Counted from the first letter of the stretch, positions 38,301 to 52,440 are shown. The stretch: DNA of 64,000 bases from Camelus dromedarius (GCF_036321535.1 NC_087436.1:98272001-98336000), one strand, 5' to 3'. A program made the numbers and translations. The notes: generated from the letters alone by a model not told the origin.

Positions 38301-40894
38301 TCTGTTTCACACAGAGAACCATTATCATGTTCTACTTTTTGTTTCTTCTCTCTATTCTAAATGCCCTGTCTCTTCATATATTTTCTACTTTCTTCTCACT
38401 CTAATCACAGTTTTAGGCTATAAAATTTGTCAATAATTATAGCCTCCCCCCCCGCAATCAAAGTGTGTATCCATTCAAGTCTCAGTTTCAATTTTGGTGT
38501 ATAAATATGATAATATACATCACAGGATTATTTCTTGTGAAGCAACACCTGTTCATAGCAGTAACATAATAGTAGTGATAGTGGTATTTGCCATGGCATG
38601 ACTAGCATATTTAACTTTCTACATGGTGACCAGGAGAAAATATGAATACATTTGTTCCCAGATTGCTTGCTTGTATTCCACTTTTGTATTTCTCATCTGT
38701 TCTTAATGTCTCTTCCTTTTACCTTTATAAAAAACCTATATTTATTAGGGGTATAATAAACTTCCTGAGATGTCCTGTGAGACACTAGGAAGCACAGATA
38801 TAAAGACAGGCATAATCAAGGCACTGAGAGTACACACTGGAGAGGTATCTGCATATATCAGACCGTGGCACACTCTTCTCTAAATGCTGTGATGGAGGTA
38901 TATTCAAACAGGGGGAAATTAGGTCTTATTAGCATCTCATTATTTTTTCTAAGTGTATGTTTCTGTGTGTGCTTATCTGAAACAATTACTTTGAACTGAG
39001 TCTTTGTCATTAAAAAAAAAAAAAGACCCCACTTCTGTTTTTAAGTGTGGTTATGTAACAAAGAGATACAGGAATTACTTGTCACACATTCTCTGAGATT
39101 TCAAAGTTTTTATTTAAATAACATTGAAGATATTGTCATAGTAATTTAGTTTCAACCTTAGAGAAAAATGTTCTACAGAGACTGAGCACATTGTAAAGCT
39201 TTTTGCAGGCTTAAACCAGAACTATTTTAAGGACAATTTAACATTAAGCTAGAAGATGCTTTAAATAGTAGTAGCTTGCCTTTTGAATTTAATGGCTGTA
39301 CAACTTCAATCACCAATACTTTCTCAAATTCTTTTACAAACTGAAGACTAGAGAAAAAGTGTTAGACATTCTCACCAGATAAAGCCTAGATGAAACTTTT
39401 GTCCGGGATATTGTTGCACTTGTTTGGTTGAGTCAAATTCAATATTACTGCGAATGTCGGGAGGAATTTGGCATCAGTGCTGCAAATATTTTGTTTGAAA
39501 ATGTATATTTAAACAGCTGAGTTAACACGGAGGCATCTGTGCATTATTCCTACTAACAAGGACCCAAAGTATGTCTTCCAGACATTGCTGCTAGCAAAGA
39601 CCAGTGTGGCAAGTCCTGGGAAGAGTGAAAAGTATGAATTCATCCCTCAAAGCCCATGCTTCTTATCAATCTTTGAGAAGAGATAAGGGAAAATGCAGAG
39701 AATTACACAGGGACAGACATGTAGAATAAACATTTTTCATGTGGTTATCATCAAGCATCTTTTGAACTCTTTTCTTCAGCCTGGGAAATGTATCCCACTT
39801 TTATTCGCATCTATCAATGTAGAAGCCAAAACTTGCCTTTCTAGTCATAGGACCAAAGATGCACAGAATTCAGTTTTTACTGAGGAAGATTTGAAGATAT
39901 TTAGCTTTTTGAGGACAGCAGGGTCAGGAATTTTTCTGCCCCCACCTTGATAAATGTATAAAAGCCATGATGCCTTTGATAAACTACGCATCGCAGAATG
40001 GTTGTAGCGGTAGTTTCTTCCCTAAAGCAATCCCCATCCCGTTCTATGTACTTTTCCTGGTTGGGTGACTCTTCCTGCCAAACTCTCTGGCACTACTGCA
40101 GAGTCCATGAGGTGTGAAACATCATTTAATAAGTGTATTGTCTGGTTTAATTCTTATGGTCGTAACCAAAAACTCTGCAAGTGCTTTCTTAGTATGGCTC
40201 AACTTTTCCATGACTCTTGACAATTTTTTCAATTTCCTTGCCCTTCTGCTTTTGTTACAGCTTTCTAGGGAAACACATAAACATACACACAGACATCCAC
40301 ACACACACAAAGCTTTCATTCAGATTTCACTTTCCTCTCTGCCTTCATGCAGACTCCTGAGAGCTGCTGAAAAAAATCACACAGCTGGGCTTGCTGATAT
40401 CATGATGAATTCATGTTAATCAACCTCAATTAGGCCCTTCTCATCAAAATTTAAACATTCTCACAGTTTCAAAATATTAAATATATATATTTATATATTT
40501 TATATATTATATATAATATATATATATATTCCCATTATACTTTATCTAGATTAGCTACACATATTTTATCTCTTTCTTTCATATGATCTTACTCGGCCTT
40601 TGTCACTTGTAACAATTTCAGGGTCTTTTCGTTGAAGTGAAGATAAAGCCAGGAAAGTGGGAGACTTGGGTTGGATGACAAGAGGGTCCATGGTAGGACC
40701 ACTTCAAGAAACAGTGTTTGTCTTACCTGTATGTACACTGCATAAGCCTGTGTTTACAGACCCTCTGATTAAGACAAAATTTGGATATCCTCTTATTGTG
40801 TTGATGTGAGAAAATAAAATCATATGAAGGACTGAAAAATATTTTTCCATGTTAAAAAGTGAATTTTAAAAAATATTACTCTATGAAAATATTT

Positions 40895-41387
40895 GTTATT
40901 TTTGTTTTTGTTTTCATTGAAGTATAGTTGGTTCACAATGTTGTGTTAGTTTCTGATGTATAGCATAGTGATTCAGTTGTACATAAATATACATATATAT
41001 ATATATATATATATTCTTTTTATATTCTTTTTCATTATAGGCTATTACAAGGTACTGAATATAGTTCTCTGTAGTATGCAGTAGGACCTTGCTGTTTATC
41101 TATTTTATATATAGTAGTTAGTATCTGCAAATCCCAAACTCTCAATTAATCCCTACACTACCCCTTACACCCCTAGTAACACAAGTTTGCTTCTATATCT
41201 GTGAGTCTATTTCTGTTTTGTAAATAAGTTCATTTGTCTGATTTTTTTTTTTAGATTCCACGTGTAAGTGATATCATATGATAATTTTCTTTCTTTCTCT
41301 GGCTGACTTCACTTAATATGACAATCTCCAGGTCCACCTATGTCACTGCAAATGACATTATTTTATTCTTTTCTACGGCTGAGTAGT
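40895..41387 (-). mobile_element. Relatively young artiodactyl-type L1 3' end (5'-truncated)
   Basis: T-rich tail, then ATTGAAGTATAGTTG..ACAATGTTGTGTTAGTTTCTG..GTGATTCAGTT, internal (TA)n, TAGATTCCACGTGTAAGTGATATCATATG and GGCTGAGTAGT. Confidence 0.88.
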
Positions 41388-41389
41388 GT

Positions 41390-41830
41390 CCTTGTCTGGT
41401 TTATTTAACTTCACATACTGATTTTGAGATTCATTCATGTTGTTATTCATGTTAATAATGTGTTTGCTTTTTTGTTGTATAGTATTCCATTGTATGGATA
41501 TACCGCATGCTGTTTACTTATTCACCTGCTGAATAAAAAACTTTGGATTTTTCTTCAGTCTTTGAAAATTACAAATAGAGCTGCTAGTAAGACCATTCAT
41601 CTGCAAGTCTTTATGTTTGTATTTCCCTCAGGTACATGCTTAAGTGTATTATTCTGATTTCTAAGTTAGCTATACCATGTCACATTCCTATCTTTAATTT
41701 CTCTCAGTAATGTTTTGAGATGTTCGTTGTGGAGGTCTTTGTATATCTTTGGTTCAGTTTATTTCTAAGTATTTTATTTTATTGTAATTTATGTTATTTG
41801 GCATTACTATAAATTAATTTTAAAAATTGA
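41390..41830 (-). mobile_element. Old L1 (L1ME-like) 3' fragment
   Basis: TTTTGAGATTCATTCATGTTGTT, TAGTATTCCATTGTATGGATATACC. Confidence 0.7.
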
Positions 41831-42499
41831 TTTTATGGAGGTGATGGCTAGAAATTAATAGCTGTCTTGAGGTGAAAGCCATGACTTTAGAATGGCAGAA
41901 TAATTATAGACTAGGATCTGGGTCACAGAAGCTTAAAAAGCAGCCTTAAGGGCTCAGGATTGCCAATCCAACTTTTCATGGTAAAGAAATGTTTTTATTC
42001 ACTGTTTAACAGATGAAAAATAATACTTCATTGGAGTAGTATTTTGAATATCTGTACTACCTATTAGATTGAATACTGACCCAGTGGATTTACCCAATTA
42101 AATATGTCTGCTTATACAATTTACCGATTTATTGATTTAGATTTTAGTGTTCTCATTATGAATTTAAATTATTTTTTTAAATAATATATCTGTCTTCTAA
42201 TATTTGCTGCCTTCTTATAACATAGTTGTTTGCTTTATGCTTTTTTTCTTTACTTTTTCTTTTTTTTTTTTTCGCCATAAAAATGTTTACTATTATCTAG
42301 TCAAAGCTGTACTTTCCCTTTGAGGTCATTTTAATATTAGAATATCATTCTCTCTCTGAGCAAGAGGGTTAGTATGGGATTTTACATATAATTTGTAAAA
42401 TTACTTGCTTGTCACTAATTTTTATTTTTAAATGATAAGAATTAGGACAAAAGTGATTTCTTGTGTATCCCTCAATTACTTATTGTGGATATAGATGCT

Positions 42500-43447
42500 T
42501 TTCCTGCTTTCATATTTCAACCTTCCTTCTAGTTTCATAAGTGGTTGATCTACTACTTTTACTGTACATTTATTTGTCTTTGCCAATAAAGTTGTTTCCT
42601 TTTGTAATCTTCACATTTCTAATTGTTATCTTTTCTCTTCTGCTTAGAGAAGTTCCTTTAACATTTCTTGTAAAGCTGGTTTAGTGGTGCTGAACTCATT
42701 CAGCTTTTGCTTATCTGTAAAATCTTTACCTATACTTCAAATCTGAGTGATAGCCTTGCTGGATAGAGTATTCTTGGTTGTACATTTTTTTCCTTTCATC
42801 GCTTTGAATATATCATGCCACTCCCTTCTGGATTACAAAGTTTCTGCTGAAAAATCAGCTGACAATCTTATGGGAGTTCCCTTGCATGAAACTAGCTTTC
42901 TCTTGCTGATTTTATAATTCTCTTTTTATATTTAAATTTTACCATTTTAATTAAATTGTGTCTTTTGGACCACTTTGAGTTCATCTTGTTTGGGACTCTC
43001 TTTACTTCCTGGACCTGGATATCTGCTTCCTTTCCCTAGTTAGGGAGGTTTTCAGCTATTATTCCTTCAAATAAGTTCTCTGCCCCTTTGTCTCTCTCTT
43101 CTCCTGAGACCCCTTTAATGTTTGATGTCCTAGAGATCTCTTAACCTATCCTAATTTTAAAAAATTATCTTTTCTGTTCAGCTTGGGTAATTCCCACTAC
43201 TCTGTCTTCCAGTTTGGTAATCTGTTCTGTTCCTCTGTATCATCTAACCTACTGTTGATTCTAGTGGATTTTTTTAACTTTTTTTTTCTTTATTCTTTAG
43301 TTCTATTTGGATCCTCTATGTATTTTCTAACTCTTTGTTATCCCTTTGTCTGTGTTCATCCATTCTTCTCCTGAGTTTGTTGAGCATCTTTATGACTGTT
43401 ACCTTGAACTTTTGTTTATCTACACTTCACTTAGTTCTCTTTCTGAT

Positions 43448-43485
<38 letters not shown>

Positions 43486-43885
43486 GCTGTTGTTGTTGTT
43501 CCATTTGGAATATATTCCTCTGTCTCCTCACGTTGCCTAATTCTCTGTGTTTATTTCTATCTATTCGGTTATCTTTCCCAATCTTAGAAAAATGGATTTA
43601 TGTAGGAGCAGCAGCACACTCCTCTCTGGTCACCAAAGCTACATGCTCTATGGGTGCCCCCTGTGTGGGGTACATGTGCCCTTCTGTTGTTTTTCGGACA
43701 ACTGCCGTGGGTGCACTTGTCAGTGGAGCTAGCCCTGAGCCTAGCTGACTGCCAGGCCCTACCTCATGTGGTGGCTGCTGGTCCACAGGTGGTGCTGGGG
43801 GCAGGGTCCCAGCATGGCTGGCTGTGGATACTGAGGGGTTGAGGGGCTGGTGCTGGCCCACTGGTGGGCAGGATCAGGTCCCAGG
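42500..43885 (-). mobile_element. L1 5'UTR/ORF1 fragment
   Basis: Antisense ORF1 motifs (TTTAACATTTCTTGTAAAGCTGGTTTAGTGGTGCTGAACTC, GTTTCTGCTGAAAAATCAGCTGA, TTAGGGAGGTTTTCAGCTATTATT) followed by GC-rich 5'UTR-like sequence. Confidence 0.85.
43448..43500. repeat. (GTT)n trinucleotide microsatellite inside L1
   Basis: About 17 units with one GCT interruption. Confidence 0.97.
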
Positions 43886-44699
43886 GATTTTTTTTTTTTT
43901 TTTAGATTCCACATACAATGGAGAATGGTATGGTATGGTGTTCTTATGGTATTTGTCTTTCTGTAACATTTCTTTTGGCATCATATCTTAAAGCCCTTTA
44001 ATTGACCCTCAAATGCTACTATTATTTTTAAGAAAAGCATTTGTTTTCAGTTTCTACTTTGTTCCTAGCCTTTAATAAAAGGTAAAATTGAAATAAAAGG
44101 TCAAGTGCAGCAAATGAAAAACAAAAAATATGTATAACCAATTTGAATATTTGAGAATTGTCTGCATTTCTGATATTACTGCTTCTAGGTACAGGGTGAA
44201 CATAGTTTCTTTCTTTTATTCTGTAATATTTGCAGGGTTTTAGTATTGGCCATGGGGGCTAGTCCAGAAGTAGAACTAAATGAAGCCTTGACCAAATTAG
44301 AATGTTATTGGCTTCAGTAATAGAGCAGTGCAAATTCAGGGAATTTCATTAACTCTTATTAAGATTGTAGTTATGTTTCTTCCAGGCCTCAGGGTACATG
44401 TTTATTTTGATTTTAGACTAATTTTCTTTTTAAGCGTTTAACATGTATCTAGTTGGAGCTTTACTCTTACAGTCAATTAGTGGAGTGAACCATTATGTGG
44501 AGTTTTTTCTAGAGAGCTGACATAACATGGAGAAGAACTCTATACCAGGATACATGTTGGGGAACTAGAGATTATTCAGTTATGTCTTTCTGACAGCAAT
44601 GGAGCCCAACAAAGTATAATGATGGATATGAGGGAACTGAGGACAGATGACCTGAATGTGGACACTAGTGGTCTGTATTGCACATGCTGTTTATTTATC

Positions 44700-44712
44700 T
44701 ATCACCTATCTG

Positions 44713-44748
<36 letters not shown>
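44700..44748. repeat. (TCTA)n tetranucleotide microsatellite
   Basis: Directly visible. Confidence 0.95.
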
Positions 44749-44877
44749 GTCTCCAGGTTCTGGCAAGAAAGTTTGCCAAAAAGAAGAGTGACCACATTAG
44801 GGAATTGGGGCTTTGTCCTTCATAGCTGTTATCTCCAAAGCAAAGATCCTGCTAGCTTCTTAAACTCTCCCATGATA

Positions 44878-45560
44878 CTATCTTAGTCTAGGCTCAGTCA
44901 GGGAAACAGAATAAGAAGCTTTAACAAAGAAATTAGGATTTACAAGGGAGACATGAGACAGGTGGGGAAACAAAGATGAGTAAAGTCACCAAAAAGGCCC
45001 AGATTGCTACAGCAGAAAGTCAAGCAAGTAGAGGCTGAGGCCCTTCACCTGAACTGCTAGACCCAGTGTTCTCAAAGGAATCTGCTGCGGTCCACAAGAA
45101 TGTCCCTCCTGTCGCTGTCACCAGCATCACAGCAGGTGATAGATAAGCAATTTCAAGTTCTGTATCGTATTTGTTCACACATCTGACCACATAATTTATT
45201 CTCATTCCCCTTGGCCAACATGAGTTTGGCTTATTCGTATTCTTTTTGTTTTAAATATACTTTATTTTTTAGAGCAGTTTCAGGTTTACAGCAAAATTGA
45301 GCAGAAAATACAGAGATCCCACATAGCCCTCCCACCCGCTCATATATACTCCCCTACCCTCAACATCCCTCATCACTATGGCATATTTGGTACCATCGAT
45401 GAACCAACATGGACACATTATTATCAACCAAAGTCCATAGTTTACACTCATTGATATTCTTACCAGGTATCAGACAGGGAAGGGGATTCTGGTAAACATG
45501 GTTGCAGACTTCTTCCCTTCAATGAAAGGAACAGCAATGGGAATAAAGCCAATTTGACAA
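44878..45560 (-). mobile_element. Probable old MaLR LTR interrupted by an L1MC 3' end
   Basis: The start TATCTTAGTCTAGGCTCAGTCAGGGAAACAGA and the end-like GGAAGGGGATTCTGGTAAACATGGTT resemble MLT1 LTRs. Confidence 0.5.
45245..45449 (-). mobile_element. Short 5'-truncated L1MC-like 3' end with TSD
   Basis: ACTTTATTTTTTAGAGCAGTTTCAGGTTTACAGCAAAATTGAGCAGAAAATACAGAG...AAGTCCATAGTTTACA, with flanks ATTCGTATTCTT (45233-45244) / ATTGATATTCTT (45450-45461), 10/12 identical. Confidence 0.85.
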
Positions 45561-45759
45561 AAATTCAGAACAGATTCTATGCGATAGAAATTTTCATCAA
45601 CCATTTAATAGAGGAGGAAATTAAAGTTTATAGAATTTAGGTAACTTGCCTGAAAATGAAGGTCAAGAATTAAAAAAAAAAATTAAACCCAGGGCAGTTT
45701 AACTACAGAAGAGAGTGTTATTTTATTGTTTTTGATGGTTGTTTGTGTTACCTTCAGAG

Positions 45760-45940
45760 CATCAGTGATTTTGAACACTAGCTTAATATTGGAATTATAA
45801 AGGACTTCTGAAAATTATGTGTCTGTGTGAAGCTCCAGAGATTCTTATTTTGCTGCCCGGTGTTGGAATTAATGGAATCTGATTTCTATCAAAACATCCT
45901 AGGTGGCTCTGATGCACAAGCTAGCATGAGAGACACTAAA
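45760..45940. mobile_element. MER5A-like hAT MITE
   Basis: CAGTGATTTTGAAC... CCAGAGATTCTTATTT... AGGTGGCTCTGATGCAC...TGAGAGACACT. Confidence 0.55.
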
Positions 45941-46829
45941 CTAAATCAGACTCATATTCACTCAGGATTTTCAAATTGTGGATCATGACACACTGGTGGG
46001 AACACGTATTTTCTTTATGAGCCTTAAACAGTTAAAGGAATTCAAATCCACTCTTGTTCTTACAAAAAAAAATGTAGATGATTCTATGATGTATAATTAT
46101 TAGTATTATTATTAACATTATTTTATTTTCTATATCTTAATGACTACTATGTAAAATATGTATATATCAATTATTACTTGTGATTCATACACTATAATCA
46201 GTGCACTGCTAAAGAAATTATTCTATTCTGAATATTGGCATCTTTCACAGTTACAAAACTGTTACCACATATCTGTATAACTAAACCTTTAGATTGCTCA
46301 AATGTTTCTGGGAAAATTCCTTATTGTATGGGCAGTATCATTTTTGTGCTTGATAGATAATTGTCTTTTAAATACTATTTTCTTATGATTTATAATAATA
46401 AATGATTTTCTGTATGGGTAATTGTTTAGAATCATTACTGACAAAAAGTAAGTACTCAATAAATAAAATTTTTAAAAAGTGGAAAAGGAAAGAAAAGACA
46501 AAAGTATATATACTAAAAAAATTGCATAAATCTTGAGCTGGTTTTTACAATAGTGCAACTTTAATATACATATAAATTTTATTTAAATTATGTCATAGAG
46601 ATTTATTTTTACCTATATATTTATCTGTACTATTTTTCATCAACTTTATGCCATTGGTTGTAAGAGATACCATTTTTCTGTGTCACTGAGAAAAAAAAAA
46701 ACTGCTAAGAAAACTATGTTATCACAAAGAGTGCTTATTTTATACCTGTTGACAAATACCTAATTTTTATTTAGGTGTAGATTTTTCTCCTTATAAAAGA
46801 GGAAAATATGACCCAAAAAAGTAGTTGAA

Positions 46830-48730
46830 ATGGTGGATTTTGCAAGTGCCCACTCTCCTCCATTTCTGCATACACGGAAGACAGATGTTCTATCCCCGTG
46901 CAGTAGGTTGCTGGCACGTCTACAGGCATGGCAGTTAAATGGAAACAGCAGTGAAATGTGAATTTCTGCACTGAAGTGGTGATTGTAGAAGAAGCTTCAT
47001 GCAGCAACAGAGCCACAGGTTTGAAGCAACTTGGCCATTGATTCACCACACAGAAGACAGTTGCTCTAAAAAGTGAGCTAGATTTGCAAAATAATTTGCA
47101 TACGTGAGAAATAAACTTTCACTGCATTACATCCCTAGGTTTCTGTTACTGCATCCTAATGTAGCCTATTCTGATGGATGCAAATATTAACACAAAAGTA
47201 GGGAAATGACCTAGAAAACTTAAAATATATGGCTGGGCAGTGAGTGATGAAGAAACCATCAGGGACTAGAATGATGGCATTTCATGTTGCAGTAGTAAAA
47301 CATTCACTAAAATTACTACGTGCACTACCACGGGAAGTCAATCACACTTTAATGAAATGGTAGTGCACTTTGGTTGTCGTCCATGGTATTTGTATCATCA
47401 GAAGTAAATAAACATGTTAAAAAATAGTTTGGTTGGCATGCGGGTGTGAGGAAAAAAGAAAAAGAGTCGAAAGTTTCATGGACTTGTAGAATTGGAAAAG
47501 ACAGCTGCTGCTTCAATCTAATGAATAAATAAGTTTGACAGATACATGGGAAGGAAATATGCAAGGAGGCCTTTCAACTGAGCACAACTCCCTACTATAC
47601 CGATAAGATAAATAGTGTTGAGTCCAGTAATTCAGGGCAAAAAAATGACTAAAACTGCAGTAACTGCAACATTGTCTCTTTTAAATCAAAGAGCAAAAGA
47701 TATGGGGGAAAGAAAGCAAGGAATTCAGTAGATTTGAGGGTCTTGTATAGTTGCCAAAGAAATCATAAATCTGGACTAAATGGGTAACTATGAGATACCT
47801 AAAAAATAATAATGCCATAAATCATTTTTGAACAGACAGTAGACTAAGAAAATTAGTCCTCAAAAATAACATATTTGCCAATGTCAGCTTCACACTGTGG
47901 ATAGTAGAAGGTGGATAATAGAAAAGAAAAAATCTCCTTCTTAGAAGATAAAACCAGCAGCCCCAGGAGAAAAGAAGAAATGTATTCACAGGGATGAAAA
48001 TCAGTGCCTAAGCAGGAAACAAGAACATTCTTTCCCCAGAATAGTAACCTTTGGTGTATGTAAGATTTCAAAATACTATGGACCAGTGGCCATATGCCTT
48101 CATATGACCTCTTGCTGAATAGACAACTGAACGTTGGCATACGGGATGTGAAGGATGGATAAATTTTCTTTTTAGTTTAATTTTTTGTTCACAGTTCCTC
48201 AAATCAAGAATGACCTTGTCTGAAAAATGTGTAAAAATTATTGTGTATTACAGCTCTTAGTCTTTGAGCTCAGTCTTGATACTGAATGGGATTTGGGGTT
48301 TGTCTTCCTTGGGGTGGGTGCTATTCATCTGTTTGGCATGAATCAGATATTTGAGGATCAGGGAGTAAACTATGATAGGCACTCTTTGGACTTACCAATA
48401 TCAGGTTTACTTCTGTTTTCCTAAATCCAGACATTGCATCCTAAACCATCTGCACTTGAGTTGGCCCATGTGGGTATTTCTAGCCAGTGCTAATGTGGTG
48501 AAAACCCATGTGTGGGAGATTTTCCATTCTCCCTCTTCTCTACTTCTTTAGTGATGATGGCAGTAGCCTCAGGAAGATAGTGGAATCACAAGATAAAAAC
48601 ACCTTGAATTGCTCTTTGTAGAAGAATCTTTATAAGTGTATGATGGACAAATAACCATTTGACTCAGTAGCTTATAACAATTTGGAGACTGTTTCTCTAG
48701 TGTAATCTGGCCAATCCTGACCAAGAGAGT
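46830..48730 (+). mobile_element. Old MaLR LTR-internal-LTR unit (MLT1I/J-like)
   Basis: LTR-like 46830-47180 (ends GTTACTGCATCCTAATGTAGCCTATTCTGA), A-rich MLT1-internal-like stretch, second LTR-like ~48370-48730 (ends TGTAATCTGGCCAATCCTGACCAAGA). Highly diverged. Confidence 0.55.
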
Positions 48731-50084
48731 TAAAGCATTTCTAAAATTTCTTCACATTTAGGGTGGATTCTTTCTGAATTATTTTTAGCTCAGAATAATC
48801 AGTGCCTTTGGTTTCCTACACAATATTGTTCATTGTGACATCCAGTTAATGGTGATACTGCACAGCTATTATTTACATGGTAAACTTGATCCTCATACTT
48901 CGTTATCATATAAAAATATCAACAGATGGCTTTTAGAGCGAGCTCACTGCTTGCACTAACAATGACTACTGCATCAGTAGTGCTGCCTGGCTGAGAATAA
49001 CTGCAGGCACCATCAATTGTAAAAACATGTCTTAATTTCAAAAATGTTAACATTTATCTTTAAATTGATGAAATACAGCATATCTCTCAAAATTTGTTTG
49101 TACACTGGTACTTTCTTAGGAAGTTGTGCAGACTGTTCTCTGAAAAACAAGTAAGTTAAAGTAAGAAAGAAAATAAAATGGAACTCAGCAAATTAATTCG
49201 TCGAGAGAATTTAAGGGAAGTCCCAGAAGATGGGGTAGAGTAGGTCTAAAGAATAGACCAGACTGGAGAATTAAGCCTCTGGTAGATAAAGACAGGTAGT
49301 AAATAAAAGATAAAAAGAAAAATAATAAAAAACAAAGGTCACACACACATAATGAATTATGAACTCAGCAAACTATCTGATGTTATACATCTTTTGAATA
49401 AAATGTAGCTCCCTTCTTCTGATAACCTGCACCATAAATTCCAGCTACCGGTAGGAGCCTTGAAATCTGATACCTGCCTTCTGGGCACACCGAGAACTTT
49501 GCGCCCTGCTTGGTCTCTGCTTCCCCTTACAATCGCTGAAAAGTGATCCCAGAAGAAAGCTGGTGTGAAGGTGAAAATGTGTGCTTGCTTTCTCTAAAGG
49601 ATCACAGTCCCCTCCTATATTCTGCCCAGTTTTATAACTATTCAGGCAGGAGAGTCTATCCAGTCCCGATTACTCTCTCATGGCTGGAGTGGAAGAGTCT
49701 AGAAAACACACATTTTAATTGTAGTGAGTGGCAATGGTACAATATCAGGCTTGGGTGTAAGTTAAAAATAGCTTACCTGTCAGTCATCATTAGCTCAGGT
49801 ACTCTTCCAACTCTGCAGGGTCTGAGGTGACCTCTGTTACCAGGCCACATGCTGTTCCTCAGCCCTATAGTAATAGGGCTCTCTGAAGCCCAGACAAGGC
49901 TCAACTCCAGCCCTGAGACACAGCTTCAAAAGGGAGAAAGCCTTTGATATTTCCTTGATGTTTCTTGCCCCATAATGTATAGGCCAGCCGGCTCCTATTC
50001 CTGCTCCCTGACTTCTGGCTATGCAGATTCATTACTGGCTTCAGTTTCTCTATGATGTTTTTAGCATTTGATTATATTATAGCC

Positions 50085-50120
<36 letters not shown>

Positions 50121-52440
50121 GACATCCTGTTAACCTTGACCTCACCCAAGGTACTTTAGTCTCATGATTAATCCCAAATATTCATCATTATCAAATTATA
50201 CTATCAATAATAATATGATAGTATTAGTAATGATAGACAGTAATTTATCTCAGAATGTGGAAAGCATATCCATGTTGAGAAGAGAGTGTGTCTGTGTTTG
50301 CAATTTTGTTGTTATGTCTAAACCTTATATGCGTAAGGAAAGTGAACATTTCCCCGAGAATCTGAAGTCGGCTATGAAGTGGCCCTCAAGATGGCTGCCC
50401 CTCAGTCACCTCTGATATATACCAGCAAATGGGAAAGGAATTGGAATGGGGTTTTTGCTCATCAGATACCAGCAGTGCTTCAAGAAAACTTTATGCTCCC
50501 CAGAAGAGCCATGTTTCTTTTGTAGCTTCTTGAACCCCCTGGCATATCCCTGGGTCATACACCAGTATGAAAATAAGGGTATTACACAGAAGGTGCCTTT
50601 CTCTGTAGCTTCTATCACATAGTCTGTGTGTACTACATACAGCTGACACATTTTCTTGGTACTGATGCTGGCATGTTTTGTTTTGTGTCTCTTTCTCTAT
50701 CATTAACTCCTCAACCCTCTACACACACACAGTTACACACATGCACACAGACACACGTGTACCTGCACACACACACAATACTAGTTCCTTACATAGAAAA
50801 AATCAGTTAGGTAAATAGAGTCAATGTCCAATCTTATAACTATAACTATATAACTATAGGCTGATTGTTGACAACACATTTCTTTTTTTTTCTCTTCTGT
50901 AGAGATTCACATGACTAATAATTTTCAGCTTAGATTCTCCAACAATAAAAATGCATATTGATATTAAAGTGACAAGGAATGCTTTTTGTACTTTGTTACG
51001 TATATGTATAAATTTTAATATAAACTATTTTACATTAAAAGTTAATTCAGTTAGTCTCCATGCTCCAGATTTTTTAAATTGCAATATTATCAGTAATAAA
51101 CCCCTACTCACAATGTAACTCATAATTATTATAACACAACCATGAGAATTGCTGTATTCTGTATGGTAAGCAGATTTTTTGAAAGGCTTTTATTCTTCTT
51201 TTAAGCACGTGGTTGGAATAAACTATATCTTCATTTTCTTTGTTTGTTTATTAGTTTATAAAGCAGAGAAAACATTCTAGGAGTAAAGATAGATGTAGCA
51301 CAATCTGAGTCCCCATAAACTGGAATGAGTAGTAAAGTCTTAAAAAAAAGCATCTTTATTAGTAATTTAATGTTACTATTTTTAGAGTTTTACTTTCTCT
51401 AATAACAATGATTTGAGGGCTATAGTCACTTAGTGTATTAACATTTATATATGGGAATCCATTATAAAGGGAAAGTGGAAAACATGTACTATTCAGAAAG
51501 ATTTTATTTTTAAAACTAAATTAAGTTTCTCTTTAGTCTCGTCTCAAACTGGTTGTTTTATTATAAGTTTAGGGGAGGCTCTTGTGGCCATGCTCGCTAT
51601 GTTGCAGGTATTCCTTGATGTTGAATAATAAAATCCCTGTGGGGAGGCTACACCTTTGCCTGGTGCCAACACATTCTTGGCAGCAAGAACTTCTGCATGA
51701 TGAATGTTGCAATTAAAACTATTGCGTTGTGCATAAGATAACCTTCTTCAATCTTGTTTCAAATTTATCTAAGAGCTATGAAAAAACATAAAAATCTGAA
51801 GTAGAATTTTCAAATAAGGAAAGTGTATATATTTTACATACCTTCTAACTTAGTAATATTATTAATAGCAATACATTTTAAAATGAAAGAAAAAGAAAAT
51901 TTTCTTTTGCCAAAAAGAGAATGCTATATTCCAAAAGTAGAGGAAATAAGAGATTCAGTAAGATGACTTCACTTCATTGTTGTCAAGAATATCTCGTTTT
52001 CAAATGTATGTTTAAAAGAAGGGCATTTTTCTCTATTCCTTTCTAATAGTGGTTAACTCTTTTTTTTTGGAAACAGAAAAAAAATTGGTACTTAGACCTA
52101 TGCTTATTTTTAACTTAATTTATATTGTTTGATATTTAATTCCTGTATGGAAATATTTTAAGGTTGACTTATATGTGTATAAGTGTGATTGTATCCGTTT
52201 TTGTAATTGTCATCCATCTTTTCTCTCCGTTTTTGAGTCAGTTTTACTCTCCCTATCTTCTCCCTTATCAACTCGAATCAGCTCCACCACCCCCAGTATT
52301 CCCATGCATCACTTTAGGACAAATTCTTTTATCTTTTACTGGTATCCATATGATAACATTGTACAAATGTAGCTAGAATGCACAAGACTAGATTCACCCA
52401 TCATGGGGCACACATACCCAATGAGAAGTTTTGTTTGTTT

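Noticed and set aside
43335..43748. Poly-Cys and poly-Leu ORFs
   Set aside because: These are translations of the (GTT)n microsatellite within an antisense L1.
44619..44886. ORFs with repeated YLSI
   Set aside because: These are read-through of the (TCTA)n microsatellite.
48940..50070. Possible Tc2/Kanga-like end (~49079), old L1 5' end (~49400-49700) and ERVL LTR piece (~49830-50070)
   Set aside because: The resemblance is too weak and the boundaries too uncertain to call without a profile search.
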